Shown here: positions 25,708 through 35,100 of the stretch, in pieces | How positions within the stretch are numbered: the first letter of the stretch is position 1 | Layout: each line of letters opens with the position of its first letter | Translations under genes and position numbers: made by a program | NCBI GenBank assembly: GCA_016178135.1 | Contig: JACOTW010000007.1 | Span: forward strand, 431 to 64,430 | From: Candidatus Saccharimonadota bacterium | GTDB lineage: Bacteria > Patescibacteriota > Saccharimonadia > Saccharimonadales > JACOTW01 | Direction: 5' to 3' | Length of the DNA stretch: 64,000 nucleotides | Notes under the pieces: model-generated | Told to the model about the DNA's origin: nothing | Seen by the model: only the letters and a program-made list of their open reading frames with translations | Databases searched by the model: none

Positions 25708-26328
25708 ATGGAAGAGACTAATAAATTCCAACAATTAGCGAGTGCGGAACAACTAAAGCGTACCGTTGCCGCGCTAGAAACTAACGGTATATCCGCTGTT
25801 GTAGTTGAAACTGGCGCCGAGGCAAAGACTAAGGCGTTATCCCTTATAGAAAAAGGCACGAGTGTTATGACCGCCACCTCAACCACCGCCGATCAGATTG
25901 GTCTGGGCGAAGCTATTGAGGAATCCAAAGATTTTGTATCTTTGCGCAAAAAAATCACCGAATTGCCCGAGAGCGAACAGCGCGCGGCAGCTCGCCGTAT
26001 CAACAGCGCGCCCGACTATGTAGTTGGCAGTGCCAATGCCGTTACAGAAGATGGTAAGGTCGTTATCGCCTCTAATTCTGGTAGTCAGCTAGCGCCTTAC
26101 GCTTTTTCGGCCGCCCATGTAATCTGGGTAGTTGGTACACAAAAAATTGTCGCTAATCTTGACGAAGCCATGAAACGCATTGAGGAATATACTCTAAAGT
26201 TAGAGAGTGAGCGTTTGCAGAAAATATACGGTATGGACAGTGTTATTCGTAAAACGTTAATCATAAACAGCGAAGTTATGCCAGGACGTATCACTATGAT
26301 TCTGGTTAAAGAAAAGTTGGGATTTTAG
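25708..26328 (+). CDS. LUD-domain (LutC/YkgG-like) protein
   Basis: The size and the pattern ...GSANAVTEDGKVVIASNSGSQL...RITMILVKEKLGF are typical of DUF162/LUD proteins. Confidence 0.7.
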   Translation: MEETNKFQQLASAEQLKRTVAALETNGISAVVVETGAEAKTKALSLIEKGTSVMTATSTTADQIGLGEAIEESKDFVSLRKKITELPESEQRAAARRINSAPDYVVGSANAVTEDGKVVIASNSGSQLAPYAFSAAHVIWVVGTQKIVANLDEAMKRIEEYTLKLESERLQKIYGMDSVIRKTLIINSEVMPGRITMILVKEKLGF

Positions 26329-26330
26329 CC

Positions 26331-26546
26331 ATGGAAGATCATAAGCACCAAAACGAACCGCTGGCCACCTGCCAAGTTTGCAAGGTGCAAGTACCGCGCA
26401 GCCAGTTGCTGAAGCACAATCTTAAGGCCCACCGACTACTTTTCATAGGATTGTCGTTGCTAAGGCTACCTCTCCTTCAGATAAAACAGTTTTCGCTCGA
26501 AATAATTCACTCTGGGAACGGACGATTTTGCGTAAGTCCAGTATAG
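26331..26546 (+). CDS. small zinc-finger-like ORF whose 3' end runs into a family-B half element
   Basis: CQVCKVQVPRSQLLKHNLKAH (C-x2-C...H-x5-H). Residues after about 40 are repeat-encoded. Confidence 0.3.
   Translation: MEDHKHQNEPLATCQVCKVQVPRSQLLKHNLKAHRLLFIGLSLLRLPLLQIKQFSLEIIHSGNGRFCVSPV
26460..26542 (+). mobile_element. family-B element, copy B3 (right half only)
   Basis: GCTACCTCTCCTTCAGATAAAACAGTTTTCGCTCGA.ATAATTCACTCTGGGAACGGACGATTTTGCGTAAGTCCAGT, nearly identical to the right half of B6. Confidence 0.8.
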
Positions 26547-26578
26547 TGGTAATTATTAACGTATAAAGGAGTCCCGTC

Positions 26579-27010
26579 ATGCAGGCAGTAGCAGTAGCAG
26601 TAGCAGTATTAGTACAAAATAAAAAGACGACCCGTAGCAATGAATACATCCCGGGTGTGTGCAATATTGGTGAAGCTGAACGCGCCAAACGCCGTCAATC
26701 TGGCATTATCAGTACTCTTGTCGCGATAGTCCTATTAGTCTTATTAGTGGCTATTGACGCACCTAGGGGCTGGAGGTTACTGCTAATTTTGCCTGTTGCT
26801 GGAGCGGCTACGGGGTTTTTGCAAGATGCTATGCATTTTTGCGCTGGGTTTGGTTTGAAAGGTGTTTTTAATGTCATCAATAGTGCTGGTATAACTGACA
26901 GTGTTGACCTAGAAGAATTCCGCAAAAAAGACCGCCGCAAAGCATTACAAATTTCCGGATATAGTTTGGCAATCGGCACAGGAATTGCATTACTAAGCTT
27001 ACTAATTTAA
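26579..27010 (+). CDS. membrane protein (YgaP/DUF2892-like)
   Basis: NIGEAERAKRR followed by two TM segments. The assignment is tentative. Confidence 0.45.
   Translation: MQAVAVAVAVLVQNKKTTRSNEYIPGVCNIGEAERAKRRQSGIISTLVAIVLLVLLVAIDAPRGWRLLLILPVAGAATGFLQDAMHFCAGFGLKGVFNVINSAGITDSVDLEEFRKKDRRKALQISGYSLAIGTGIALLSLLI
26585..26608 (+). repeat. hexanucleotide repeat (GCAGTA)x4
   Basis: Tandem repeat at codons 3-10 of the ORF, encoding AVAVAVAV. Copy-number change would stay in frame. Confidence 0.9.
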
Positions 27011-27035
27011 TAAAAAGCTATAGAGGGCTACACTG

Positions 27036-27914
27036 TCAGGCTTTGGTCTGTTTGTAGTCAGTATATTTTCCAGATGAGGGTGTAATATGAATAACCGTAA
27101 AGGAGCCCTCGGATAGTTTTGTGACGGGCGGTGGCTGCACTTCCCCATCGTAAGACCGTGGCTTAACTATTTCATGGAAAACAAAATCTTTAATTTTCTG
27201 ATCAGTCTCATATTCGGCATCACCCTGTATATTTAGCGTACGAGCTGTGTTTTCTTCAAAAATTGTAAGTGATACTTGCCCATGTGCCAGAATATTACGT
27301 GCTTTGGTCGTGCTTGATTTGGTCAAAATATAGATTCGGCCAAGTTGGCCAACCAGATAATAAACAACGGCTCCGTAGACATTTCCCGTACGATCTACTG
27401 ATGACAAAACCGCAATATCATGACTTTTTAAAAAGTTCTGAGCCGAATCATCCAGAAATGGCATAGATGAGGCTGAAGATATTGCAGGAGAGACCGTGTC
27501 AGAAACCGGCTGTCCATCATTACTTTCCAGTCGCCTAGATTCAATATATTTCACAAAACGGCGAGCACATTTAAGATTAACGTAGCGAAGTGCATAGTCG
27601 GCAACTCGGGTGTGTAGAGTAACGGCAGTAAATAGACCACCTTGATTAAGCTTGACGCCAGAGACAACATCATAAGTAAGTTCGTCATTGGTAGTAAACA
27701 TTGGTTTGCGATCCAAGAAAATAATCCTATGGTCAGTAGCTATAAGCATAGCTGAACCACTCCCAAATTGACCGTAAACCGCACCACCAATATGTTCATT
27801 TTCATGAATAATCTGTGGTAAATAACGACTTTCAGATTTAACTAATCCGTAGCCGGTAACTCCCGCTTCGGCCAATTCTTTTTTGACTCGATTGATATGT
27901 TCCGCGCTTATCAT
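27036..27914 (-). CDS. bacterial PH-like domain fused to a pyridoxamine-5'-phosphate-oxidase-like FMN-binding fold
   Basis: The N-terminal half has the pattern IGGAVYGQFGSGSAMLIATDHRIIFLD. The C-terminal half has VLSSVDRTGNVYGAVVYY...TIFEE. Confidence 0.5.
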   Translation of the reverse strand: MISAEHINRVKKELAEAGVTGYGLVKSESRYLPQIIHENEHIGGAVYGQFGSGSAMLIATDHRIIFLDRKPMFTTNDELTYDVVSGVKLNQGGLFTAVTLHTRVADYALRYVNLKCARRFVKYIESRRLESNDGQPVSDTVSPAISSASSMPFLDDSAQNFLKSHDIAVLSSVDRTGNVYGAVVYYLVGQLGRIYILTKSSTTKARNILAHGQVSLTIFEENTARTLNIQGDAEYETDQKIKDFVFHEIVKPRSYDGEVQPPPVTKLSEGSFTVIHITPSSGKYTDYKQTKA

Positions 27915-27995
27915 TTATTAGATAACTCCTATAACAGATAATTATACGCCACAATTCATGTTTCGGGGCTATGGTCTATACTGGACTATATTTGA

Positions 27996-28016
27996 TATAA
28001 TACCCCCAGGGGGTAT
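27996..28016 (+). promoter_or_regulatory. CsoR operator overlapping the -10 of the copper operon
   Basis: TATAAT (27996-28001) overlaps the dyad ATACCCCC-A-GGGGGTAT (28000-28016). This is the GC-tract inverted repeat typical of CsoR sites. Confidence 0.75.
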
Positions 28017-28025
28017 ACTGTAAGC

Positions 28026-28310
28026 ATGATAAGTACTCTAAAGAAAAAGGCTATACATCGTTCCAGGATTATACAAGGACAACTAAAAGGCCTGGAAAAA
28101 ATGATCGAAAAGGAAGAATACTGTATGGATATAATGATCCAGAGTTTAGCAATTCAAAAATCGTTGAGTTCTCTTGACAAGTTAATACTTGAGAACCATC
28201 TGCGTACCCATGTTAAGGAAAGTTTTGGCTCTAATTCGGAAACAAACAAAGAGCAAGTAGTCGAGGAATTGCTAAAACTTTATAAATTATCAAATATAAG
28301 GAGTCAATAA
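28026..28310 (+). CDS. csoR: CsoR/RcnR-family copper-sensing repressor
   Basis: RIIQGQLKGLEKMIEKEEYCMDIMIQSLAIQKSL...NHLRTH pattern (C-H-C ligand positions). Confidence 0.9.
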   Translation: MISTLKKKAIHRSRIIQGQLKGLEKMIEKEEYCMDIMIQSLAIQKSLSSLDKLILENHLRTHVKESFGSNSETNKEQVVEELLKLYKLSNIRSQ

Positions 28311-28747
28311 TGAAAAAAACGTCAATATTATATGGGATTATCGGACTGCTGGCAGGCATAATTATTACCGGTACAACCGCCGTTTTGGCTGTTAATAACG
28401 ATAATCATTCGTTGATGAATGCTATGGGTATGGATACCGACCACAGTCATCAACCATCAGCTAACAACCACGGTGAAATGCCTATGACCGCCATGTCCGC
28501 GCAATTGCAAAACAAAAGTGGTGATGATTTTGACAAAACGTTTATTGAAATGATGATTAGCCACCATGAGGGCGCCATTGATATGGCCAAACTAGTCCCC
28601 GCCCGTGCCAAACACGACGAAATCAAAAAACTCGGCGAAGCCGTGATATCCGCCCAAACCAAAGAAATTATTGATATGAAACAATGGCAAAAAGGCTGGA
28701 ACTATGACGCTAACGAAGCTATGCAAATGATGCACGGTACAAATTAA
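28310..28747 (+). CDS. DUF305-family (ferritin-like) exported protein
   Basis: An N-terminal TM/signal segment, then DDFDKTFIEMMISHHEGAIDMAK and HDEIKKLGEAVISAQTKEIIDMKQW. Confidence 0.8.
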   Translation: MKKTSILYGIIGLLAGIIITGTTAVLAVNNDNHSLMNAMGMDTDHSHQPSANNHGEMPMTAMSAQLQNKSGDDFDKTFIEMMISHHEGAIDMAKLVPARAKHDEIKKLGEAVISAQTKEIIDMKQWQKGWNYDANEAMQMMHGTN

Positions 28748-28748
28748 T

Positions 28749-30815
28749 ATGCATCCCCAGGAACACGATTCTCATAATATGAACCATGCCACCGAGCACG
28801 AACATCATAACCATGCAATACAACATGATCATAGCCAGCATGATAAACACGCTGGGCATAGTCCGCAGATGTTCAAAAAGAAGTTTTGGCTAAGTTTCGC
28901 GCTCACCATTCCGGTGCTTTTGTATTCGCATACCATTATGGAGTTACTGAACTTCACTATGCCGGAATTTCCGGGGAGCGAGTGGTTGCCAACAGTCTTG
29001 GGAATCGTGATATTTTTCTACGGCGGGATGGTTTTTCTGAAAGGTGCCAGAGCCGAGTTGGCGGCCCGTTTGCCTGGTATGATGACTTTGATATCTATGG
29101 CTATAACCGTCGCTTTTGGCTATAGCTTGGCGGTTAGTTTGAATCTGGTTGAGGGTATGGATTTTTGGTGGGAGCTGGCAACGCTAGTAACAATTATGCT
29201 ACTGGGGCACTGGTTAGAAATGGCGTCGGTTATGAACGCTCAAGGCGCACTCAAAGAACTGGCCAAATTATTGCCTGATGAGGCGGAAATTGTTACCAAT
29301 GATGGCACCAAAAAAGTAGCTGTTGCTGAACTAAAAGTCGGAGACACCATCTTAATTCGCCCGGGAGCCAATGTCCCAATCGACGGCATGGTTATAAAAG
29401 GTGAATCAGACGTAAACCAATCAATGCTCACCGGCGAATCACAACCAGTCAAAAAACATATCGGCGATATGGTTATTGGCGGGACGGCTAACGGCAGTGG
29501 ATCGTTGACAGTAAAAGTTACCAAAATTGGCAATGATACGGCACTGGCTGGCATTATCAAGCTCGTGGCTGATGCCCAAAACAGTAAATCTAAAACCCAG
29601 ATTTTAGCGGATAAAGCCGCTTTTTATTTAACTTTCGTGGCAATTGGCTCGGCACTTTTAACCTTGTTGGGTTGGGTATTGTTGTCGGATCGTTCGGTGG
29701 CGTTTATTTTGGAGAGAGTGGTAACCGTTTTGGTTATAGCTTGTCCGCACGCGCTTGGTCTGGCAATACCACTGGTTACGGCTATATCAACTACTCTTGC
29801 GGCCAAAAACGGATTGTTGATAAGGGAGCGAATGGCGCTGGAGGCGGCTCGTAATATAGACGTGGTGTTGTTTGACAAAACGGGCACCCTGACTAAGGGT
29901 GAACAGGGCGTAGTAGATATCGTCAGTGTTAGTGGTGATAATAATAAACTTTTGACATTGGCAGCCGCGGTTGAGTCTGATTCGGAACATCCTATTGCCA
30001 AAGCAATTGTAGCATCAGCCCAAGAGCATGATCTAAAAATCCCCAAAGTCAGTGGCTTTTCGGCATTATCTGGACGAGGCGCAAAAGCAAAAGTAGCTGG
30101 CAAAGTAGTAGTTATTGGTGGGCCACGATTGTTGGAGGAATTAAAGATTAAGACCATGGACGATGGTGTTCAAAAAACTGCCAAACAAGCTGACATATCT
30201 GGTAAGACAGTAGTTTACGTGGTTGCAGACAAAGAAGTAATGGGTGCAATTATGTTAGCAGATGTTATCCGTCCGGAATCAAAACAAGCCGTTAATTCTC
30301 TAAAACAAGCCGGCAAACGAGTCGCCATGCTAACTGGTGACGCTAAGGGTGTGGCGACCTGGGTTTCCAAAGAGCTTGGTATAGATGAGTATTTTGCCGA
30401 AGTTTTGCCAGAGCACAAAGCCGATGTGGTGAAACAACTACAGACTGATGGTAGTCGCGTGGCGATGGTTGGTGATGGCGTCAACGACGCGCCAGCCCTC
30501 ACGCAAGCTGATGTCGGTATTGCTATTGGTGCTGGTACAGACGTTGCTATAGAATCCGCTGGGGTGGTATTAGCCAGTAGCGATCCTGGTGGCGTTGCCA
30601 AAACCATTAAATTATCGCAGGCAACTTACCGCAAAATGATTCAAAATCTTGGCTGGGCGGTGGGCTACAACGTCTTGGCCATCCCACTAGCCACCGGAGT
30701 AACTGCTGGCTTGGGTTTCGTGTTATCACCAGCCATTGGAGCCGTATTAATGTCTATGTCCACCATAATAGTAGCCGCCAACGCACAATTACTGCGCAAA
30801 CTTAGCCTGAAATAA
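28749..30815 (+). CDS. copB: copper-translocating P1B-type ATPase (CopB-like, His-rich N-terminus)
   Basis: His-rich N-terminus, CPH in the TM segment (VIACPHALGLAIP), DKTGTLT, TGD and GDGVNDAP. Confidence 0.95.
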   Translation: MHPQEHDSHNMNHATEHEHHNHAIQHDHSQHDKHAGHSPQMFKKKFWLSFALTIPVLLYSHTIMELLNFTMPEFPGSEWLPTVLGIVIFFYGGMVFLKGARAELAARLPGMMTLISMAITVAFGYSLAVSLNLVEGMDFWWELATLVTIMLLGHWLEMASVMNAQGALKELAKLLPDEAEIVTNDGTKKVAVAELKVGDTILIRPGANVPIDGMVIKGESDVNQSMLTGESQPVKKHIGDMVIGGTANGSGSLTVKVTKIGNDTALAGIIKLVADAQNSKSKTQILADKAAFYLTFVAIGSALLTLLGWVLLSDRSVAFILERVVTVLVIACPHALGLAIPLVTAISTTLAAKNGLLIRERMALEAARNIDVVLFDKTGTLTKGEQGVVDIVSVSGDNNKLLTLAAAVESDSEHPIAKAIVASAQEHDLKIPKVSGFSALSGRGAKAKVAGKVVVIGGPRLLEELKIKTMDDGVQKTAKQADISGKTVVYVVADKEVMGAIMLADVIRPESKQAVNSLKQAGKRVAMLTGDAKGVATWVSKELGIDEYFAEVLPEHKADVVKQLQTDGSRVAMVGDGVNDAPALTQADVGIAIGAGTDVAIESAGVVLASSDPGGVAKTIKLSQATYRKMIQNLGWAVGYNVLAIPLATGVTAGLGFVLSPAIGAVLMSMSTIIVAANAQLLRKLSLK

Positions 30816-30932
30816 TATTATCCCGAGTTTTGCACTTCACTATCGATGCCTTGGTTGTGCCAAGACGGGCAAAAACTACTTGTAGCCGATTTGGGGTAAT
30901 CTTGGGCGGATGGAAAAACGTGAAATGCGTGA

Positions 30933-31475
30933 TTATTTCAGACTTGTTAGGTGCCGGACACCTAGTAATACCAATGACCCCATGATCACCGCGCCAGCAA
31001 ATGAAGCAAAAGCTGCGTATTTCGCAATCATGCCAAATGTCCAATAGGCATAGCCATCACCTAGAAGTATTCCGCGTAACGTTTCTCCCTGAAATAACGC
31101 TTGCTTTTGGGCCTGAAGCTTCTGGTTGGTAGGATTTTTCATTGCTTCGGCACTAATTTCTGCATAGGTTTTACCATCAGCTATTACTGCAAGATGACGC
31201 CCAATAAATCCATTCGCATATGCTTTAGCTTTTGGACCATCATTTACTTGCTGACCAGCATATTGTTGTAAATCAGGAAATTTAATTGGGTCCAAAGCTG
31301 GATCGCCTTTAGCCGGAAAATAGATTTTTTGAGCAGACAACTCATTTCTAACATTTGTCGTAGCGAAATGATAGCCGTACCAAGCCAGCCCTCCCGCCCC
31401 TATCAGAACCACGGTTACAGCACTACCCAGAAGAATAAATACTTTCTCTATTGTTTTACGATCTGATTTTGCCAT
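30933..31475 (-). CDS. membrane protein, unknown function
   Basis: TM segments at both the N- and C-terminus, flanking a soluble domain. Confidence 0.5.
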   Translation of the reverse strand: MAKSDRKTIEKVFILLGSAVTVVLIGAGGLAWYGYHFATTNVRNELSAQKIYFPAKGDPALDPIKFPDLQQYAGQQVNDGPKAKAYANGFIGRHLAVIADGKTYAEISAEAMKNPTNQKLQAQKQALFQGETLRGILLGDGYAYWTFGMIAKYAAFASFAGAVIMGSLVLLGVRHLTSLK

Positions 31476-31561
31476 TGATTATCCTTATTGATATTAAAAC
31501 ACAAATTTATTTTTCAGCGTGACCACAAGCAGTTTCGCACTTTAATGCTAATATAGCAACC

Positions 31562-32020
31562 TTATTCTTGGCGATGCATAAAGAAATTCATCCATGCTTC
31601 AAAATTCTTCTGATACAAGGGCTTTTTTGGTTTTGGCTTATCGACGATTTTTTTATTAGGATCAGGTAAATCTATAGTATGAGCAAGTGCTACACCCCTG
31701 GGGACCAACACGAGCTTCTCACCCGGCACAGCCTTACCAAACTGTCGCCTGGTAGCGAGCTCTAGATATTGATCCGTATTGTAGTATTCATTACGCAATT
31801 TAAGGTTATTGTTTTCTAGTTCTTGTATGGTATTTTGCTGTTCTAGTTTAGAGATTTGTTTTTGCAAATCATAGTTTGTCTGAATAATTCCTACGCTACT
31901 CCAACTAACCAGTAAAACCAGCACGCCAAACACCATAAATCCAAGGAAACGTACATCTCGTATCTGTTGCCAAATTGGACTTTTATAGTAGTTTTTTATT
32001 TTTTTTAGCACTAACATCAT
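31562..32020 (-). CDS. septum formation initiator (FtsB/DivIC-like)
   Basis: One TM segment, a coiled coil (LQKQISKLEQQNTIQELENNNLKLRNE), then YLELATRRQFGKAVPGEKLVLV. Confidence 0.65.
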   Translation of the reverse strand: MMLVLKKIKNYYKSPIWQQIRDVRFLGFMVFGVLVLLVSWSSVGIIQTNYDLQKQISKLEQQNTIQELENNNLKLRNEYYNTDQYLELATRRQFGKAVPGEKLVLVPRGVALAHTIDLPDPNKKIVDKPKPKKPLYQKNFEAWMNFFMHRQE

Positions 32021-32072
32021 TATACCAAATTGTTGCGAATCTGGTTTACCATAAGCGAACGTGTGAGTCGAA

Positions 32073-32759
32073 TGGTGGGGATGGCAGGATTTGAACCTGC
32101 GACCAATCGGTTATGCGCACCACTACAACTTTCGTTGCCTCTTTCGAGTTTGTAGTCCGGACTGTCTCTTCATCCGCATATACGGATGCCTGCCATACAG
32201 TCTCTACACCTTCCCAGACTTTATAAAACTCTGGGCTTGGCTCGGGATTGCCAAGGCCGAAGCCGTAGGGTTCCCCGAATTTGACAAGATATACTTATCG
32301 GTTACCCGATAAGCAGCCCTTTTACTGTTTGACCTATCTAAGTTAACGTAATGGTTATGAAGAAAGAGTCTAACTGTAAAGTTTGTGGCGATGAACTGAC
32401 CGGAAAGCAAACGCTTTTTTGCTCAATAAAATGCAAAAATGCGTTGCATCAATCCTATCCTTCGCAAAAAAAGCGAGGAATAGAGCGTAAGCTACATTTC
32501 GTCAAAATGCTTGGCGGAAAATGCTCACACTGCGGTTACTCAGCCAATCTTGCCGGTTTGGCATTTCACCATTTAGGCGGCAAGGAATTTCAGCTGGATG
32601 TTCGTTCGCTGTCAAACCGAAAGATTGAACCCATTCTCAAAGAAGTTGCAAAATGCAAGCTTCTCTGTCACAACTGCCATGCAGAAGTGCACAATCCAGG
32701 CTTAGACTTAGCCAAATTGTCAATTGAGCCGACTGCTCTAACCACTGAGCTACATCCCC
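32073..32759 (-). tRNA. tRNA with CAU anticodon (Ile2/Met type) interrupted by a group I intron
   Basis: The 5' exon is 32759-32727 and the 3' exon 32115-32073. Joined, they give a 76-nt cloverleaf GGGGAUG...CGGCU|CAUAACCG...CAUCCCCACCA with a perfect acceptor stem and encoded CCA. Confidence 0.85.
32116..32726 (-). ncRNA. group I intron (IC3-like core) in the anticodon loop
   Basis: The 5' exon ends in U and the intron ends in G. The core strings GUCAAAUUCGGGGAACCCUACGG, GGCAAUCCCGAGCCAAGC and GAAGGUGUAGAGACUGUAUGGCA match the conserved core of bacterial tRNA introns such as the Azoarcus tRNA-Ile intron, as I recall it. Confidence 0.8.
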
Positions 32760-32827
32760 ATCGACCAAAAGAAGTATATCAGATTAGTTTAACAAAACTA
32801 ACAGATCCACGGCAACTTAGAGAGTAG
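32351..32827 (+). CDS. HNH homing-endonuclease-like protein encoded antisense within the intron
   Basis: CxxC pairs, then FHHLGG...N...CKLLCHNCHAEVHN (HNH). The ORF runs out through the antisense of the tRNA 5' exon. Confidence 0.75.
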   Translation: MVMKKESNCKVCGDELTGKQTLFCSIKCKNALHQSYPSQKKRGIERKLHFVKMLGGKCSHCGYSANLAGLAFHHLGGKEFQLDVRSLSNRKIEPILKEVAKCKLLCHNCHAEVHNPGLDLAKLSIEPTALTTELHPHRPKEVYQISLTKLTDPRQLRE

Positions 32828-32834
32828 GTTGGGC

Positions 32835-33470
32835 TTAAAAGCCAAACGTATTACGAGCATCTAGTAATATCAGGCAACCAAGAAGTCCAAAAATCAGTAG
32901 CGTAGTTAAAGTAAGCATTCTGGCTGTTTTCGAACTAGTTAATCCTTTAACAACCCCATAGAGCCCCTGTCCAACAATAGCTCCAAGGCTGACTCTGCTA
33001 TCGCCACTTATTTCCGTTATTACTCCTGCCCCCGCTCTATACGTACCTTCTAACGGTAAACGAGGATTAGCTTCGTTTGTTTCTTTTTGATTGGCTTGCT
33101 TAATCCGCATATCTACGTCGGCTACATAGAGCAAATCCTGAATATCAATGTTTGACTTAAAATTTTTTATTTTAGTTATTTCGCCCGAATCAAGCCAACG
33201 ATAATGACAATTAGTACAGGAATCGATGATAATGCCTCTACTGTTGTAGTCAACTTTTTGCATTGCTACTGAACAATGAGGACAGGTGATTACAGACTTC
33301 GCGTGGCTCAATGTCTTATTCTGTTGCTCGTGCGGGACGGATTCCGTTTCAATATCACTGAGATACTTGCCTGTCACAAGAGTGCCGTGTCCGTCAGGAC
33401 ACATAAACAAACCTTTTTGTTGCTCGGTAAGTTTACCACTGCAAATTGGGCAAAGCATAAAGTTACTCAA
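32835..33470 (-). CDS. double zinc-ribbon protein with a C-terminal TM anchor
   Basis: CPICSG...CPDGHG and CPHCSV...CTNCHYRWLD (TFIIB-type zinc ribbon), plus a terminal hydrophobic helix. Confidence 0.55.
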   Translation of the reverse strand: MSNFMLCPICSGKLTEQQKGLFMCPDGHGTLVTGKYLSDIETESVPHEQQNKTLSHAKSVITCPHCSVAMQKVDYNSRGIIIDSCTNCHYRWLDSGEITKIKNFKSNIDIQDLLYVADVDMRIKQANQKETNEANPRLPLEGTYRAGAGVITEISGDSRVSLGAIVGQGLYGVVKGLTSSKTARMLTLTTLLIFGLLGCLILLDARNTFGF

Positions 33471-33527
33471 CCCCTATAGAGGATGTAATTTTCTCAATAT
33501 CCGAATAGGTACGTACAATATATAGAC

Positions 33528-33715
33528 ATAACACTCTGACTAGCCACATGGAGCCTGTGCCAGTAAGTGGTGCTAGCCGGCTATTTGACAAACTAGTCAG
33601 AGTGAGCGGTATCCGTAGATACCGTGAGCAGAACTAGTTTGGCAAAGAGTCGGCTAGTGCTGCTTAGGGGTGCAGGATCGAGACAAGTCAGAGTGTGATG
33701 TCTATAGATGTCTCG
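33528..33715. repeat. large nested imperfect palindrome (candidate structured RNA or single-copy MITE)
   Basis: ACACTCTGACT pairs with AGTCAGAGTGT. GCCGGCTATTTGACAAACTAGT pairs with ACTAGTTTGGCAAAGAGTCGGC. The inner stem is CGGTATC-CGTA-GATACCG. Confidence 0.55.
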
Positions 33716-33798
33716 ATTGTTAAATTGCTGATTTACGAGATTTGGCTGTTGCTTGATTGTTGCTTCATGCATAGTCATTAATATGAACTGTTTAATAC

Positions 33799-33909
33799 AC
33801 CGGGCTTATGCGAAACTCCTCCATCCCCAGATCGAATAATCTCGATTGCAGACAGTTTTCCCTCGAGCTGGTTAACCCTGGGAACGAGCGATTTCGCGAC
33901 AGACCCAGT
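33799..33909 (+). mobile_element. family-B element, copy B4 (short form)
   Basis: ACCGGGCTTATGCGAAACTCCTCCATCCCCAGATCGAAT...CCTGGGAACGAGCGATTTCGCGACAGACCCAGT. Confidence 0.75.
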
Positions 33910-34154
33910 AAAGTATACGACAATTGTGCTTATAGGCATATGGATCATCTACTATAGCCCCCAGCTTGTTGAAGTTGGCATTGCCAAGCTGGTCGGGGGT
34001 TATCAATCAACCAATCAGCAAGGTCAGCTAATAATCGTTCAAAAGATTTCTGTTCCTCTCCACCAAAAGCTGAATTTTTCAATTATTGTCACAGATTTCG
34101 TCATATGACCATATGTGTGATGATTTGGTTTGCTCAATAAGGAAATTTATCGGA

Positions 34155-35096
34155 TTATAGGAGAGCTAGAAGTTCATTAGTGGTTTTTGTTTGCATTAAC
34201 TTTTCGCGGAGTTCTTTGGCTCCATCGAAGCCGTTAATGTAGATTTTGCAGAATTTGTTTAGCACAACTAATGGCTTTTCGTTGTTCTTCCAGGTTTTGG
34301 CAAAAAGCTTAACGTGTTTAGCATACAAATCCTTGCGTTGTCTGGGGCTATAGGTTTGCCATATATCTTCTGAAGAAAATACAAAAGGGTTATTAAACAC
34401 GCCACGGCCGATCATAATACCGTCCAATGAGTATCGAGCCGCAAGTTCCATGCCTTGGGCGCGAGTAGAAACATCGCCGTTGCCGATAATTTTGGTGGTG
34501 GGAGATATTTTGTCCCGCAGCTTTACAATCTCCCCAATTGCCTCCCAGTTGGCAGGGACTTTGCTCATCTGTTTTCTGGTTCTTCCGTGGATACTTAACG
34601 CGTTAAGGTTTTGTTCAAACAAAAATTCGTGCCACGAATAATCAATATTATGATACCCCAGACGAGTTTTCACAGATATTGGTAAGCTACCCGCACCGTC
34701 TTTGGTGGCCTGGATAATCTCTGCCGCAAGCCCCCTGTTATTAATCAACGCCGAGCAACAACCGTTCCTGACCACATCCTTGACTGGACAGCCCATATTG
34801 ATATCTATGCCGTCAAAGCCCATAGCCACCATATCTTGGGCGGATTTATAATAATTTTCTGGAGTTTTACCCCATATCTGGGCAATTAACGGCTTTTCAG
34901 CGGGCGTATGTAACAGCCGAGGCAAAGTAGCCGTACGTCCGGCACTTTGCAAAGCATCAACATTCACGAACTCCGTAAAAAAAACATCTGGCGGAGCACA
35001 ACCAGCAATAACCTGCCGAAAAACCGTATCGGTAACATCATCCATCGGCGCCAGTACAAAGAAAGGCTTGGGCAAAATAATTTTATTTTTGCCCAT
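34155..35096 (-). CDS. tRNA-dihydrouridine synthase
   Basis: LAPMDDVTDTVFRQ, IDINMGCP and HGRT motifs of the Dus family. Confidence 0.9.
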   Translation of the reverse strand: MGKNKIILPKPFFVLAPMDDVTDTVFRQVIAGCAPPDVFFTEFVNVDALQSAGRTATLPRLLHTPAEKPLIAQIWGKTPENYYKSAQDMVAMGFDGIDINMGCPVKDVVRNGCCSALINNRGLAAEIIQATKDGAGSLPISVKTRLGYHNIDYSWHEFLFEQNLNALSIHGRTRKQMSKVPANWEAIGEIVKLRDKISPTTKIIGNGDVSTRAQGMELAARYSLDGIMIGRGVFNNPFVFSSEDIWQTYSPRQRKDLYAKHVKLFAKTWKNNEKPLVVLNKFCKIYINGFDGAKELREKLMQTKTTNELLALL

Positions 35097-35100
35097 AATT

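Noticed and set aside
29240-30607. Several antisense ORFs inside copB (29240-29560, 29624-30157, 30215-30607).
   Set aside because: These are shadow ORFs opposite a well-supported P-type ATPase gene.
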